This document shows positions 31,609 to 41,445 of a stretch of 63,943 nucleotides of DNA, piece by piece. This DNA is from an uncultured Clostridium sp. Lineage in GTDB: Bacteria > Bacillota > Clostridia > TANB77 > CAG-508. Each line of letters begins with the position of its first letter. Within the stretch, counting starts at the first letter, position 1. The stretch is taken from positions 1 through 63,943 of the forward strand of contig CAMCQH010000006.1 in assembly GCA_945877035.1 (NCBI GenBank), read 5' to 3'. The notes beneath the pieces were generated by a model. That model was not told the origin of the DNA. It searched no databases and saw only the letters and a list, made by a program, of their open reading frames with translations. The translations under genes were made by a program, and so were the position numbers.

Positions 31609-31852
31609 TAAATAAACGATAATGAAATTATTTAAATTATTGAAAATTTTTCATTTTTATGGTATATATATTTTGAGATATAATGAAGATATTAAAGAAA
31701 GTAAAGAACAAGAAGATGGTGAAAGATAATAAATATAAATTTGAGAAGAGCAAAACATTATATAATCTTTTTGAAAAATGCAGTATATAAACAATATTTA
31801 GATAAAAAAATATAATAATATTATTGATTTTTAATTGTAGATTGGAGATAAA

Positions 31853-33454
31853 ATGGATTTAGAAATAAAAAAACTAATAGATAATGGAACTATAATATGT
31901 GGAAAAATAATACAAGAAAATGGAATAGTTAGATTTGAAAGAGTTGATCCATCACAAATAGAAAGTATTCAAGAAGATGAAAGAGGATTTGCAACATCAT
32001 CTATGGGAAGAGCTATCTTTACAATTGATAAAGATGGTTTAATTCATAACTTTAAAGGTGTTGATTCACATTTATCTACATCGGAGTTAGGTCCAATGGA
32101 CTTGGTAAATGCAAGATCTATTGAATATGTTCCAAGAACAGATGGATATAAAGTTAGTGCAGTAGTTTTTAATGACAAGAAACCAGAAATTAGAATAAAT
32201 GGAACATCTCCATTGGAAGATATAGAAATTGAGGGAGATATAAACAAAAAATTAGCAGAAATAGGAATAAAAGTACCTACTATTAGGTATATAAGAGAAA
32301 TACCACAGGATTTTAGTATAAAATATGGACTTCCAATAAAAGTAGATGGTAGTTTAGACGAATTTGAATCTGATTATGCAGTTGAAGATGATGAACGAAA
32401 AAAGAGATTAGAAGAAGTTTATGGCAGTAATTATTTGCAAGAGCTAGGAGAAAATCAAAGACCAGAAAGTATGAGAGAATATTTGCAAAGAATAGGTTTT
32501 TTATCATCTCCAGAGGTTCAAGCAAATATAGAATCATTGGGGTATTCGATGCAAGATTTTATTGAGGCAGTAGATAGCTCTTATTCAAGAGGTCAAAGAT
32601 ATGGTCAAGCAGAAAGAATTATGGGTAGTCCTTTTAGAATTTCAGATTTAGAAACTTGTATAGCTAATGGCAACAAAGAGCAATTACAAACTATAATGGA
32701 CTTTACAGAAATACAAAATGGTAATTTTACCGAGCAATTAGCAGAAGTTTTTGGAAGAAATATAGCTACAATGATGAGCAATGGTTGGAAATGTGAAAAC
32801 TTAATACATAGACAAGATTTTTCACTTACAGGGGAATTTTGTGATGATTCGTATTTTGATATATTTGAAAAACAAGCAGAAATGAAAGAAAAGTATAAAA
32901 CAGAACCATACAAGGCAGATGCATTAATGGGGGAAATAAGACGAAAATATACAGGACAAGTTATGCATATTGCATCATGTATTAAAGTTGTTCAAAGTGC
33001 TATGTCGATGACAGGCAAAAGTCAAGAACAAATTGATAGCATATTAGAAACATTTGTAGGAAGTTTTGCTAATAATTTAGATTTACAAAAAATTGGACAG
33101 TTATTTCAAATTGATGAAAATTCTGTAGAAGAAACTTTTATGAGTGAATTTAGAGTAGGACAAAATTGGACAGAGAAAATGGCTGGGCAAGATCGAAAAG
33201 AAGGTTTAGTTATGGATGAGGCAATATATAATTCACATATTGGAAATGAAAAATTTTATGCTAAAGTTTCTGAAATGATTACTGAAAGAATAAGGGCTAG
33301 ACAAATTCAAAAAGGTAAAGACGGATTTACAGATTGCATAGAAGATGATAAAACAAGGTTATCTTATATGCAAAATGCTACTAGAACAACTAGAAATAAT
33401 GTATTAGGAGATGTTAATATAGAACATACTAATGATGAACAAAATTTAGAATAG
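31853..33454 (+). CDS. Hypothetical protein, possible divergent SelO/kinase-like fold
   Basis: GRA, FKG, LAEIGIKVP, SPFRI and NGW...DFSLTGEFCD motifs in SelO-like order. Confidence 0.45.
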   Translation: MDLEIKKLIDNGTIICGKIIQENGIVRFERVDPSQIESIQEDERGFATSSMGRAIFTIDKDGLIHNFKGVDSHLSTSELGPMDLVNARSIEYVPRTDGYKVSAVVFNDKKPEIRINGTSPLEDIEIEGDINKKLAEIGIKVPTIRYIREIPQDFSIKYGLPIKVDGSLDEFESDYAVEDDERKKRLEEVYGSNYLQELGENQRPESMREYLQRIGFLSSPEVQANIESLGYSMQDFIEAVDSSYSRGQRYGQAERIMGSPFRISDLETCIANGNKEQLQTIMDFTEIQNGNFTEQLAEVFGRNIATMMSNGWKCENLIHRQDFSLTGEFCDDSYFDIFEKQAEMKEKYKTEPYKADALMGEIRRKYTGQVMHIASCIKVVQSAMSMTGKSQEQIDSILETFVGSFANNLDLQKIGQLFQIDENSVEETFMSEFRVGQNWTEKMAGQDRKEGLVMDEAIYNSHIGNEKFYAKVSEMITERIRARQIQKGKDGFTDCIEDDKTRLSYMQNATRTTRNNVLGDVNIEHTNDEQNLE

Positions 33455-33463
33455 AGGTTAAAA

Positions 33464-33922
33464 ATGGTTAGTGTAAAAGATGCAAATGCAATGGCAGAAG
33501 TTATTTATTATTTAAAAGGAATAAGACAAGAAGATGTAGATAAAATACTTAAAAAATTCATACAATTTCTTAATGAAAATGCTTCAAAAGAATATATATG
33601 CAATTTCGATTATAACAAACCTCTAAAAGAACTAAATATCCTTGATGAAACAAGAGGTATTATAGGAATGATATGCTATAATTATTGGTGTGTTACAGAA
33701 CAACAAAAGGAACTATATTTAAAAAGGTTAAGTCAAAACGAGCAACAATACCAAGAAATTTTACACGAAAAATACAATCCTGATAATTTATTTAAAAATC
33801 GTAAGCAAGAATCTGTAGAAGAAACACAACATATTGCTAATGAGGTTGCTATGGTCGAATATAAAGAATCAGTATTTAAAAGATTTATCAATAAAATAAA
33901 GGGTATATTTCATTTAGGATAA
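33464..33922 (+). CDS. Hypothetical protein
   Basis: GAGG RBS, 152-aa ORF in an operon-like run. Confidence 0.65.
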   Translation: MVSVKDANAMAEVIYYLKGIRQEDVDKILKKFIQFLNENASKEYICNFDYNKPLKELNILDETRGIIGMICYNYWCVTEQQKELYLKRLSQNEQQYQEILHEKYNPDNLFKNRKQESVEETQHIANEVAMVEYKESVFKRFINKIKGIFHLG

Positions 33923-33936
33923 GGAGCAATTAAAAT

Positions 33937-34488
33937 ATGAAAAAGAAATATGTAAGAGTTATGGACGGACTAAAATCAAATGCAGGTGGATTTGAATATA
34001 AACTTGATGAGATTAATATAGCAAAAGTATGGAATCCAAATACATTTAATCCTAAAGAAATGGGAGGTTTCAATTTTTCAACTGCTGATAAAATATTAAG
34101 ATGGTTACATAGGGGAGATACTATTTATGATGTTACTATTTCAGATGGAGCAGAAGTTATTTTATGTGATGAAGACAAAGGTGTATATAGAGCTAATAAA
34201 ATAATAGTGAGCAATCCAAGAAAAATTACAGATGAGATGGTTATTGAGTTTTACAAAATAAACACCTTACCAAGTAAAGTCATTTATCAATGTCTAGTAA
34301 CTCTTTTATATAAAAATAGAATAAATATAGCAAAATATATTATTAATGACTATATTACTACAGAAAACATTAAAGATGCTATTACGGAATTTCAAAATTA
34401 TGTTAGTAAGGAAAATTTTGAATATAGTAAATTATCTGATGATGAAAAAGAGATATATGATCTTTTGAAAAGTATTAAAGAACAATGA
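33937..34488 (+). CDS. Hypothetical protein
   Basis: AAGGAG RBS, 183-aa ORF (GGFNFST...RWLHRGDTIYDV). Confidence 0.65.
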   Translation: MKKKYVRVMDGLKSNAGGFEYKLDEINIAKVWNPNTFNPKEMGGFNFSTADKILRWLHRGDTIYDVTISDGAEVILCDEDKGVYRANKIIVSNPRKITDEMVIEFYKINTLPSKVIYQCLVTLLYKNRINIAKYIINDYITTENIKDAITEFQNYVSKENFEYSKLSDDEKEIYDLLKSIKEQ

Positions 34489-34524
34489 AAGTATGAAAAA
34501 ATAGAACAAGAATGATTTCCTGTT

Positions 34525-35538
34525 CTATTTTTTGCTATCTAAAATCCATTTTTCAAATTCTTTTGGGGTAATTTCTTTATTTAGATATTTTTGTTTCATT
34601 ATAGCTCCATCTTTTTTATATTTTTCAAATCTTTCGATTGCTGTATCAGTTCCATAATGAGAAACAGAACTTGCAAGCGACATATAGCGTTTTCTATATT
34701 TATCTAAAAATTTATCTTCTTTTAGTGATTTTTTATAAGCTAATTCTTTTCCGATTTGTCTACAAGTTTTGCCTGTATTTTCATATTCTACATTACAATA
34801 TTTAGTTTCTTTTAAATTTGATGGAACAAAGTAATATCCACAATTTTGGCATTGTCTTATAGTGTTATGATTATCAGACATAAATTCTTTAAACATAATA
34901 GCTATTATTGCTAAAATATCTTCGCTTTCAAAATAGTATGGAATATTATATTTGCTAATATCTATGTTTTCAAAAAGCAAACCAAAAGTTTCAAATTGTA
35001 TATTTAATTTTTCCATAAATCCATTTATTTCAGTTTCATTATATTTCATTGATTTATCTTCATAATATTTTTTCTCTTCTTGTATTATATTTTGTATATC
35101 TTCTTGAGTTAGTTCTAATTCATCATCATATCGCCTAAAGAAGTTGGTATCATATGGTAATCTTAGATTTTTTAATAAAGTATATTTAAGATATAAAAAT
35201 TCTTCTTTATATTCTTTTACAATTTTATCAAGTTCTTTATTAAATTCAGAAAATGAAAGTTTTAAATGTGTTGATGAGTCTTGATTTGCCTTCTTAATTT
35301 TAGGATATTTTCTATAATATAAGTTTTCAAAACAAAACCAAAAAACAAAAGATCTGCAATCTTCATCATCTTTAAAATCTGTATTTAAAAATATAAGTAG
35401 AAAAGAACCTATTGCATCAATCATATGCTCAGTGTTATATGATGAAAAAAATATTTTTTTACTTTTATCATAATACATATGTTTAAAAACAAAAAGCTCT
35501 AGTCCTAAATTCTTGTCAAAAGCCAGTTTAAAACTCAA
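34525..35538 (-). CDS. DUF6076-like protein with C-terminal Zn-binding motif
   Basis: GGAGG RBS and TTG at 35538; IRQCQNCGYYFVP...ETKYC...KTCRQIG. Confidence 0.65.
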   Translation of the reverse strand: MSFKLAFDKNLGLELFVFKHMYYDKSKKIFFSSYNTEHMIDAIGSFLLIFLNTDFKDDEDCRSFVFWFCFENLYYRKYPKIKKANQDSSTHLKLSFSEFNKELDKIVKEYKEEFLYLKYTLLKNLRLPYDTNFFRRYDDELELTQEDIQNIIQEEKKYYEDKSMKYNETEINGFMEKLNIQFETFGLLFENIDISKYNIPYYFESEDILAIIAIMFKEFMSDNHNTIRQCQNCGYYFVPSNLKETKYCNVEYENTGKTCRQIGKELAYKKSLKEDKFLDKYRKRYMSLASSVSHYGTDTAIERFEKYKKDGAIMKQKYLNKEITPKEFEKWILDSKK

Positions 35539-35872
35539 TTTTAACACCTCCACATCAAACAACCTAAAATTAATGAAAAATTTTTTGAGATTGTACAGTG
35601 TGAATTTTAAAAAATCGCACTTATAATGTATACAACACTTAATTGACATAATTTTACTACAAAAATTCGAAAAAGTCAAAAAATGGAAATGTACATTGAA
35701 AATTAAATAGTAGTTACAAGCACGAATAATGATACTTTCGTCTGGCTAACGTGATGTAAAGGGGCGATTCTGTAAAGCAGGAATGAGGGCAAATCTCATA
35801 TGGGAGCCAATCCACTTGTAGCGGTATAAAATCCTAAAATTTGGAAAAAATAAAACAAGAGGAGTGAGGCTA

Positions 35873-36004
35873 TTGGAAGAAAAAAAGAAATATAAGAAAA
35901 AGAATGATTTTAAGATAAATATAATTTTTAATGATAAGGGTGAGGCTCTAGAAAAGATTATTGAAAGGGCATTTGGAAATTATTGCTTAAATAAAACAAA
36001 GTAA
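35873..36004 (+). CDS. Small basic protein upstream of the recombinase (candidate directionality factor; not in ORF track)
   Basis: GGAGTGAGG RBS, TTG start, 43 aa; function inferred from position only. Confidence 0.45.
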   Translation: MEEKKKYKKKNDFKINIIFNDKGEALEKIIERAFGNYCLNKTK

Positions 36005-36120
36005 AAAATCAACAAAATAAATGGTATTAAATGAGATAGTATGGTATAATTACAAGTAAGAGTATCAATATTATCTCATTATAATTATCTACGATAATAA
36101 TAGCACAGAAGGAGGTAGAA

Positions 36121-37759
36121 GTGAGCTATACAATAATGAATAATATTGATTATAAAGTAGGCATATATATAAGGCTTTCAAGAGAAGATGAAGAAAAAGA
36201 AAAATATCAAGAAAGCGAAAGTATTGGAAACCAAAGAACTTTGCTAATGCAATACATCAAAGAAAACAAACTAAACTTTATATCAGAATACGTTGATGAT
36301 GGTGTAAGTGGTACAAGTTTTGATAGACCTGCATTTAATAGAATGATAGCAGATATAGAAGCTCGGTAAAATCAATATGGTAGTAACCAAAGACTTATCA
36401 AGACTTGGTAGAAATTATGTACAATCAGGACTTTACATTGAAACATATTTCCCAGAACATGAAGTAAGGTTTGTAGCTATTCTAGATAATATAGATACCG
36501 CATATGATACATCAAACAATGACATAGCACCATTTAAATCAATATTAAATGAAATGTATGCAAAAGATACATCAAAGAAAATAAATAGTGTATTACAATC
36601 AAAAAGAAATCTTGGAGAATATCTAGGAACAGCACCTTATGGCTATAAAAAAGATCCAGAAAATAAATACCATTTAATAATAGACGAGGAATCGGCAAAT
36701 GTTGTAAAACTAATATATGAAAAATATTTAGCAGGTTTTGGTACAATGCAAATAGCAGACTACTTAAGTAAAAAGAAAATTCCAATTCCATCAGATTATA
36801 ACAAGAGAAAAAGAGGAGCAAAATCGGTTTCTTATGGACTATGGCAACAATCAACAGTAAGATTTATTCTGTCAAATGAAATTTACACAGGAACAGTTAT
36901 ACAAGGAAAGAGAAAGAAAGTAAGTTTTAAATCAAAAAAGTTCATAGATTTACCAGAAGAAGATTGGGTTAAAGTAGAAAATATGCATGAGGCAATTATA
37001 AGTAAAGAAGATTTTGAAAGAGCAAAAAAAATAATAAATAGCACAAAAGGTTCTAGAATAGTTCAGAACGATTACTTGTTCAAAGGATTACTTCGTTGTT
37101 ATGATTGCAAAGGATATATTGGAATTAGAAGTCCAGATAAAAACGGAAATATATATGGCAGGTGTCAAAGATATGGAAGGTTTGGCAAGTTTGATGTATG
37201 TTCACCACACAATTTTAATTATCAAGTTTTTGAAAAACAAATACTAGAAGTATTGAAGGAAGTTTGCAAAGAATACACAAATACAAAAAAGCTAGAAGAA
37301 ATTGCAAAACAAACTAAAGCAAAGCAATCTAAAGAACTTGATATTAAGAAACAGATAGATTCTTTTAAAGAAATGATGGAAAAAGAAACTAGAAAATTAG
37401 AAGTAATGTATGATGATAGATTAGCAGGTATTATAACACTTGATGAATACATGAAAAATGCAAATAGAATAAAAGAGGCTGTAAAAGAATATGAACAAAA
37501 CATTAAAGATTTAGAAAAAGAATTATCTGGCGAAAATAACAAAACCAAAAATGAAACTAGATTAGATGATTTAGTAGAAGAGTTTCTTAATATGGAAAAC
37601 CCAACAAAAGAGATAATTAGAGAATTTATAGAAAAAATTGAAATTCATAGTGACAAACAAGTTGATATATATTTCAATTTTAAACCATTACAAGAAGTTA
37701 ATGAAAATTTAAATAAATTTATATGTGCTAGAAAAGCATATGAGAAAAAAGCAGTGTAA
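36121..37759 (+). CDS. Large serine recombinase with +1 frameshift at CGG 36364
   Basis: YIRLSRED...DDGVSGT...IEA, then GCT-C-GGT-AAA; skipping C gives GKINMVVTKDLSRLGR; recombinase and Zn-ribbon domains follow. Confidence 0.9.
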
Positions 37760-37787
37760 AAACTGCCAGTAACAACAATACACACAT

Positions 37788-38261
37788 GCAAGCTGTTGGG
37801 TAATAATAGCAGAAGCAATGCTAGGCTTTGGAGACAAAGCGACTGAATTATATAGAATGATAAATCCAATTGAACATGCAAGAACAAAAGACGCAAGCAA
37901 TAAATACAAAGTAGAGCCATATGTTATACCAGCTGATATTTATGGAGCAAGCAATTTAGCAGGTCGTGGAGGCTGGACGTGGTACACAGGTTCATCAAGT
38001 TGGTATTATAAAGCAGGAATTGAATATATTTTAGGACTAAAAATAAGAAATGGAATTATGAGCATTGAGCCTTGTATTCCTAAAGAGTGGAAAGAATATA
38101 ATATTAAATATAAATGGAAAAATAGTTTTTATAATATTGTTGTAAAAAATCCTAATGGAAGAAATTCAGGAGTTGAGGAAGTTCTATTAAATGGTGAAAA
38201 AGTTGAGAATTTTATAAGATTACAAGATTATGGAATTTATAATGTGGCAGTAAAAATGTGA
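37788..38261 (+). CDS. 3' part of the interrupted GH94/NdvB-like gene
   Basis: ASCWVIIAEAMLG...YKVEPYVIPADIY...GRGGWTWYTGSSSW; in frame with GGQYTH after excision. Confidence 0.9.
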   Translation, partial: ASCWVIIAEAMLGFGDKATELYRMINPIEHARTKDASNKYKVEPYVIPADIYGASNLAGRGGWTWYTGSSSWYYKAGIEYILGLKIRNGIMSIEPCIPKEWKEYNIKYKWKNSFYNIVVKNPNGRNSGVEEVLLNGEKVENFIRLQDYGIYNVAVKM

Positions 38262-38331
38262 AACAAATTTGAATAAAATTACAAAAAATGTTCCACACTT
38301 ATTATAAAAAGATGACTTCAAAAATTAGAAG

Positions 38332-38547
38332 TCATCTTTTATATGGCTTTATTTCATCTGTCAAACCTAAAATATAATCAATAGAAGTATTATAAAATTT
38401 AGCTAATTGTATCAAAATTTTAGTTGGAATATCATTAGTACCAACTTCATACTTTGAATAACCTGTCTGCGACATATTTAAAATTTTTGCAATTTCTTTT
38501 TGAGATAAGTCTTTATCTTCCCTTAAATCTCTAATTCTTTTATACAT
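38332..38547 (-). CDS. XRE family HTH regulator (cassette 3)
   Basis: RIRDLREDKDLSQKEIAKILNMSQTGYSKYEVG...YNTSIDYILG. Confidence 0.9.
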   Translation of the reverse strand: MYKRIRDLREDKDLSQKEIAKILNMSQTGYSKYEVGTNDIPTKILIQLAKFYNTSIDYILGLTDEIKPYKR

Positions 38548-38567
38548 TTAAAGCACCTCTATATATT

Positions 38568-38619
38568 GTAGAATAATCCATTTTAGGTTATTGGTTTTAA
38601 ACCTGAAACAGGTTAAAAA
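38568..38619. promoter_or_regulatory. Divergent control region with two operators (cassette 3)
   Basis: AACCTG-AAA-CAGGTT at 38600-38614; degenerate TAATCCA-TTT-TAGGTTA at 38574-38590. Confidence 0.7.
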
Positions 38620-38681
38620 TTAATAGCAAATATATTAATTGCTATAATTAATATGAAATTATTTTTGAAAGGGGTAAACAA

Positions 38682-40145
38682 ATGAGAAAATTAAAACAAA
38701 CCAAAGGTATAACACTAGTAGCATTAGTGATAACAATTATCATTCTATTGATATTGGCAGGAATTTCAATATCAGCATTAACAAACCAAGGATTATTTGG
38801 AAGAGCAAATGAAGCAAAAAGGGAGTCTGAAATAGCAAATATAAAAGAACAAATACAATTAGATATTTATGAAAAACAATTAGAACCACCATTGGGAAGC
38901 ATAACAGAAGAACAATTAGGAACAATATTAGGAAAGTATGGAACAGTAAATAAAGAAGATGGAAAAATAGTAGGAATAACAACAGGGAAAGGATATGAAA
39001 TATTGTTAAAAGATATCTATGGAGGCGGAACAGTAGCAGAGTCAGTTCCAGATGGAGCAATAGTAAATCCAGTTAATGATATAACAACATGGTTAAAAAC
39101 AGGTGAAATATCAAAACAATATTCATATACAACTATAGAACAAGTAATTGCAGATAGTACATGTACAGAAAGTTTAATGAATAATGAAAATGCTATGAAA
39201 TATCTTGCTCGTTCAACAGAATTTGCAAATGCAATATGTGCAAGTGAAACAACAATGACATATTTAGGACAGTCTACATATGTAGATAATACTGTGCTAA
39301 ATAGTGATGTTTGGGTGACTGCAATTAAAACATCGTCTTATAAATGGTCTGTACTTGAATTTCCAGTTTATCCGTGGGCTACTGCTTCCGATGAAGATAT
39401 AATAAAGATGATCAATGCATACTATGACGGAGATATAACTATTGACGATATAAAAACAAAAAATTCAGTTGGTGATACACGATCTGTTACATTATCTGCA
39501 ATGAAAGCAACAGGTGTAAGTGAGTCTCATAGAGAACAAATTGTACAATTTGTGATCGGTGATTTTGAACATGATGATTTGACAACTTCAATTAATGGGA
39601 AAACAAAAGCATGTATGACATTAATTCAGAAAGATTGTTTGATGGATGCAGCAAATCAATCAAATCCTACTAATGGTTCTGGTAATACAGAAAATGGATA
39701 TATAAATAGTACAATTACTAACGTAGGTAGTTGGAGAGATTGTGCAAGAAGAACTTGGTGTAACAACATTTATTTTAATTCATTACCTGAAAACATAAGG
39801 AATCTTATTAAGGAAGTTAAAAAGTTAACTTCTGCTGGAAGTAATAGTTCAACTATTGTAACGACTAATGATAAAATATTCTTAGCATCTGATATTGAAA
39901 TTTTAGGTACTTGCACGTATACTTTCTCGGGTGAAGGAACTCAGTATCAATATTATAAAAATTCTTCTGTAAATAGAATTAAATTGCCAACATGGGATAC
40001 ACGTGATACTAATATATATTTAACTAGATCACCGGTTAAAGGAAATTCTGCTCACTGGTGTATTATAAGTAGTTCAGGAGGTAGTTCTGCATCAGATTGG
40101 TTTGCTACAACAACTTTTGGTATATCTCCAAATTTTTGTATTTAA
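38682..40145 (+). CDS. Prepilin-like adhesin with DUF6273-like C-terminal domain (cassette 3)
   Basis: KG-ITLVALVITIII; C-terminal GSW...TNDKIFLAS..E...GEGTQYQYY...YLTRSP...GISPNFCI. Confidence 0.8.
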   Translation: MRKLKQTKGITLVALVITIIILLILAGISISALTNQGLFGRANEAKRESEIANIKEQIQLDIYEKQLEPPLGSITEEQLGTILGKYGTVNKEDGKIVGITTGKGYEILLKDIYGGGTVAESVPDGAIVNPVNDITTWLKTGEISKQYSYTTIEQVIADSTCTESLMNNENAMKYLARSTEFANAICASETTMTYLGQSTYVDNTVLNSDVWVTAIKTSSYKWSVLEFPVYPWATASDEDIIKMINAYYDGDITIDDIKTKNSVGDTRSVTLSAMKATGVSESHREQIVQFVIGDFEHDDLTTSINGKTKACMTLIQKDCLMDAANQSNPTNGSGNTENGYINSTITNVGSWRDCARRTWCNNIYFNSLPENIRNLIKEVKKLTSAGSNSSTIVTTNDKIFLASDIEILGTCTYTFSGEGTQYQYYKNSSVNRIKLPTWDTRDTNIYLTRSPVKGNSAHWCIISSSGGSSASDWFATTTFGISPNFCI

Positions 40146-40203
40146 ACTACATTTTCACTATATTTGTTATCTGATTTGTTGTAGTTGATCAATTTTTTAC
40201 ATC

Positions 40204-40382
40204 ATCACTATTTTACACATTAACAGGATAGCTAGTTACTTATAACTTTACATTAAAAACACATATTCCATGAAAGGAGTTTTTTGACATACCTAACCTT
40301 GAAGCAAGAGTATTGAAACTTAGTAACTTTTGTATTAAATTGTTTCAGAACAGCAATGGTATAAGTGAATAAATAAGAAAAT
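40204..40382 (+). repeat. ~180-bp conserved 3' flank, copy 2
   Basis: Colinear with 12687-12865. Confidence 0.9.
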
Positions 40383-40461
40383 TCAAAAAACACTTGTATA
40401 TTCCCAAAATCTGTGATATAAATATACTATAAAAATAAAGCTACAGAAAGGCGGAATTTTT

Positions 40462-41223
40462 GTGGAAGAAAATTTAGAAAAAGAAGTAAAAAAAGTGCTA
40501 GTAGTAGATGATGAGCAATCCATCAGAGAAGTACTAGTGTACAACTTAAAAAAAGAAGGATATGAAACACTAGAAGCAGGAGACGGAATAACAGCAGTAA
40601 ATATAGCATTAGAACAAAAACCAGATTTGATGCTATTAGATATAATGTTGCCAAAATTAGATGGACTATCAGTATGCAAAAGAGTAAAAAATTATTTAAA
40701 TATACCAATATTAATGTTAACAGCTAAAGACGCTGAAATAGATAAAATAGTAGGGCTTGAATTAGGAGCAGATGACTACATTACAAAACCATTTAGTGTA
40801 AGAGAACTAATGGCAAGAGTAAAAGCAAATTTAAGAAAAAATGAAATGTCAAATGTTCCAAAAGAAAGCGAAAATAATGCAAATGAATCCGAACCTGAAA
40901 TTGAAATCGATAATGATAGCAGAATCAAAGTAAATGACTTAGAATTAGATTTAGAAAAATTTGAAGTAAAAGTAAGGGGAGAAATTATAGATTTAACATT
41001 AAGAGAATTTGAAGTGCTAAAATTCTTAGCATCACAACCAGGACAAGTAATAACAAGAGAAACTTTATTAGAAAAAGTTTGGGGATATGAATATTTTGGA
41101 GATATAAGAACAGTAGATGTTACAGTAAGAAGAATAAGAGAAAAAATAGAAAAAGATACATCTGCACCCAAAATATTAATTACAAAAAGAGGAGTAGGAT
41201 ATTATATAGCAACAAAAAAATAA
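40462..41223 (+). CDS. OmpR/PhoB family response regulator (WalR/YycF-like), no adjacent kinase
   Basis: VLVVDDE, LLDIMLP, GADDYITKPFSVREL, RTVDVTVRRIREKIE. Confidence 0.9.
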   Translation: MEENLEKEVKKVLVVDDEQSIREVLVYNLKKEGYETLEAGDGITAVNIALEQKPDLMLLDIMLPKLDGLSVCKRVKNYLNIPILMLTAKDAEIDKIVGLELGADDYITKPFSVRELMARVKANLRKNEMSNVPKESENNANESEPEIEIDNDSRIKVNDLELDLEKFEVKVRGEIIDLTLREFEVLKFLASQPGQVITRETLLEKVWGYEYFGDIRTVDVTVRRIREKIEKDTSAPKILITKRGVGYYIATKK

Positions 41224-41445
41224 ATTTATATTGACCGCAAAACTCGAATAATGTCGAATTTTGCGGTCGATTTTTTGACAAAAATTGAAAAAATTATTGA
41301 CATGATAAAAATAAGAGGCTATAATCTATCTAAATTTTAAATCAAAAAAATTTTTAAATCAAGTTTTAAGTAATTTTATAATTAGATCTAATTAAAAATC
41401 CACACGAAAGAAATAATAATAATTTGGAGGTGAAAATATCAAAAA

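Larger units (their letters stand above)
26041..37788. mobile_element. Integrative mobilizable element (large serine recombinase + MobV) interrupting the GH94 gene
   Basis: 14-bp direct repeat ACAATACACACATG at 26041-26054 and 37775-37788; recombinase abuts the right end; removal restores GGQYTH-ASCWVIIAEAMLG. Confidence 0.9.

Noticed and set aside
26041-37788. Prophage or self-conjugative ICE
   Set aside because: No virion or T4SS genes; content fits a mobilizable element
38257-38300. parS site (TGTGAAACA / TGTTCCACA, also at 29523-29568)
   Set aside because: Only separated half-sites in the wrong order; more likely hairpin arms
39990-40145. DGR variable region in pilin 3
   Set aside because: CLec-like end, but no clear A depletion or NNY codon pattern as seen in pilin 1
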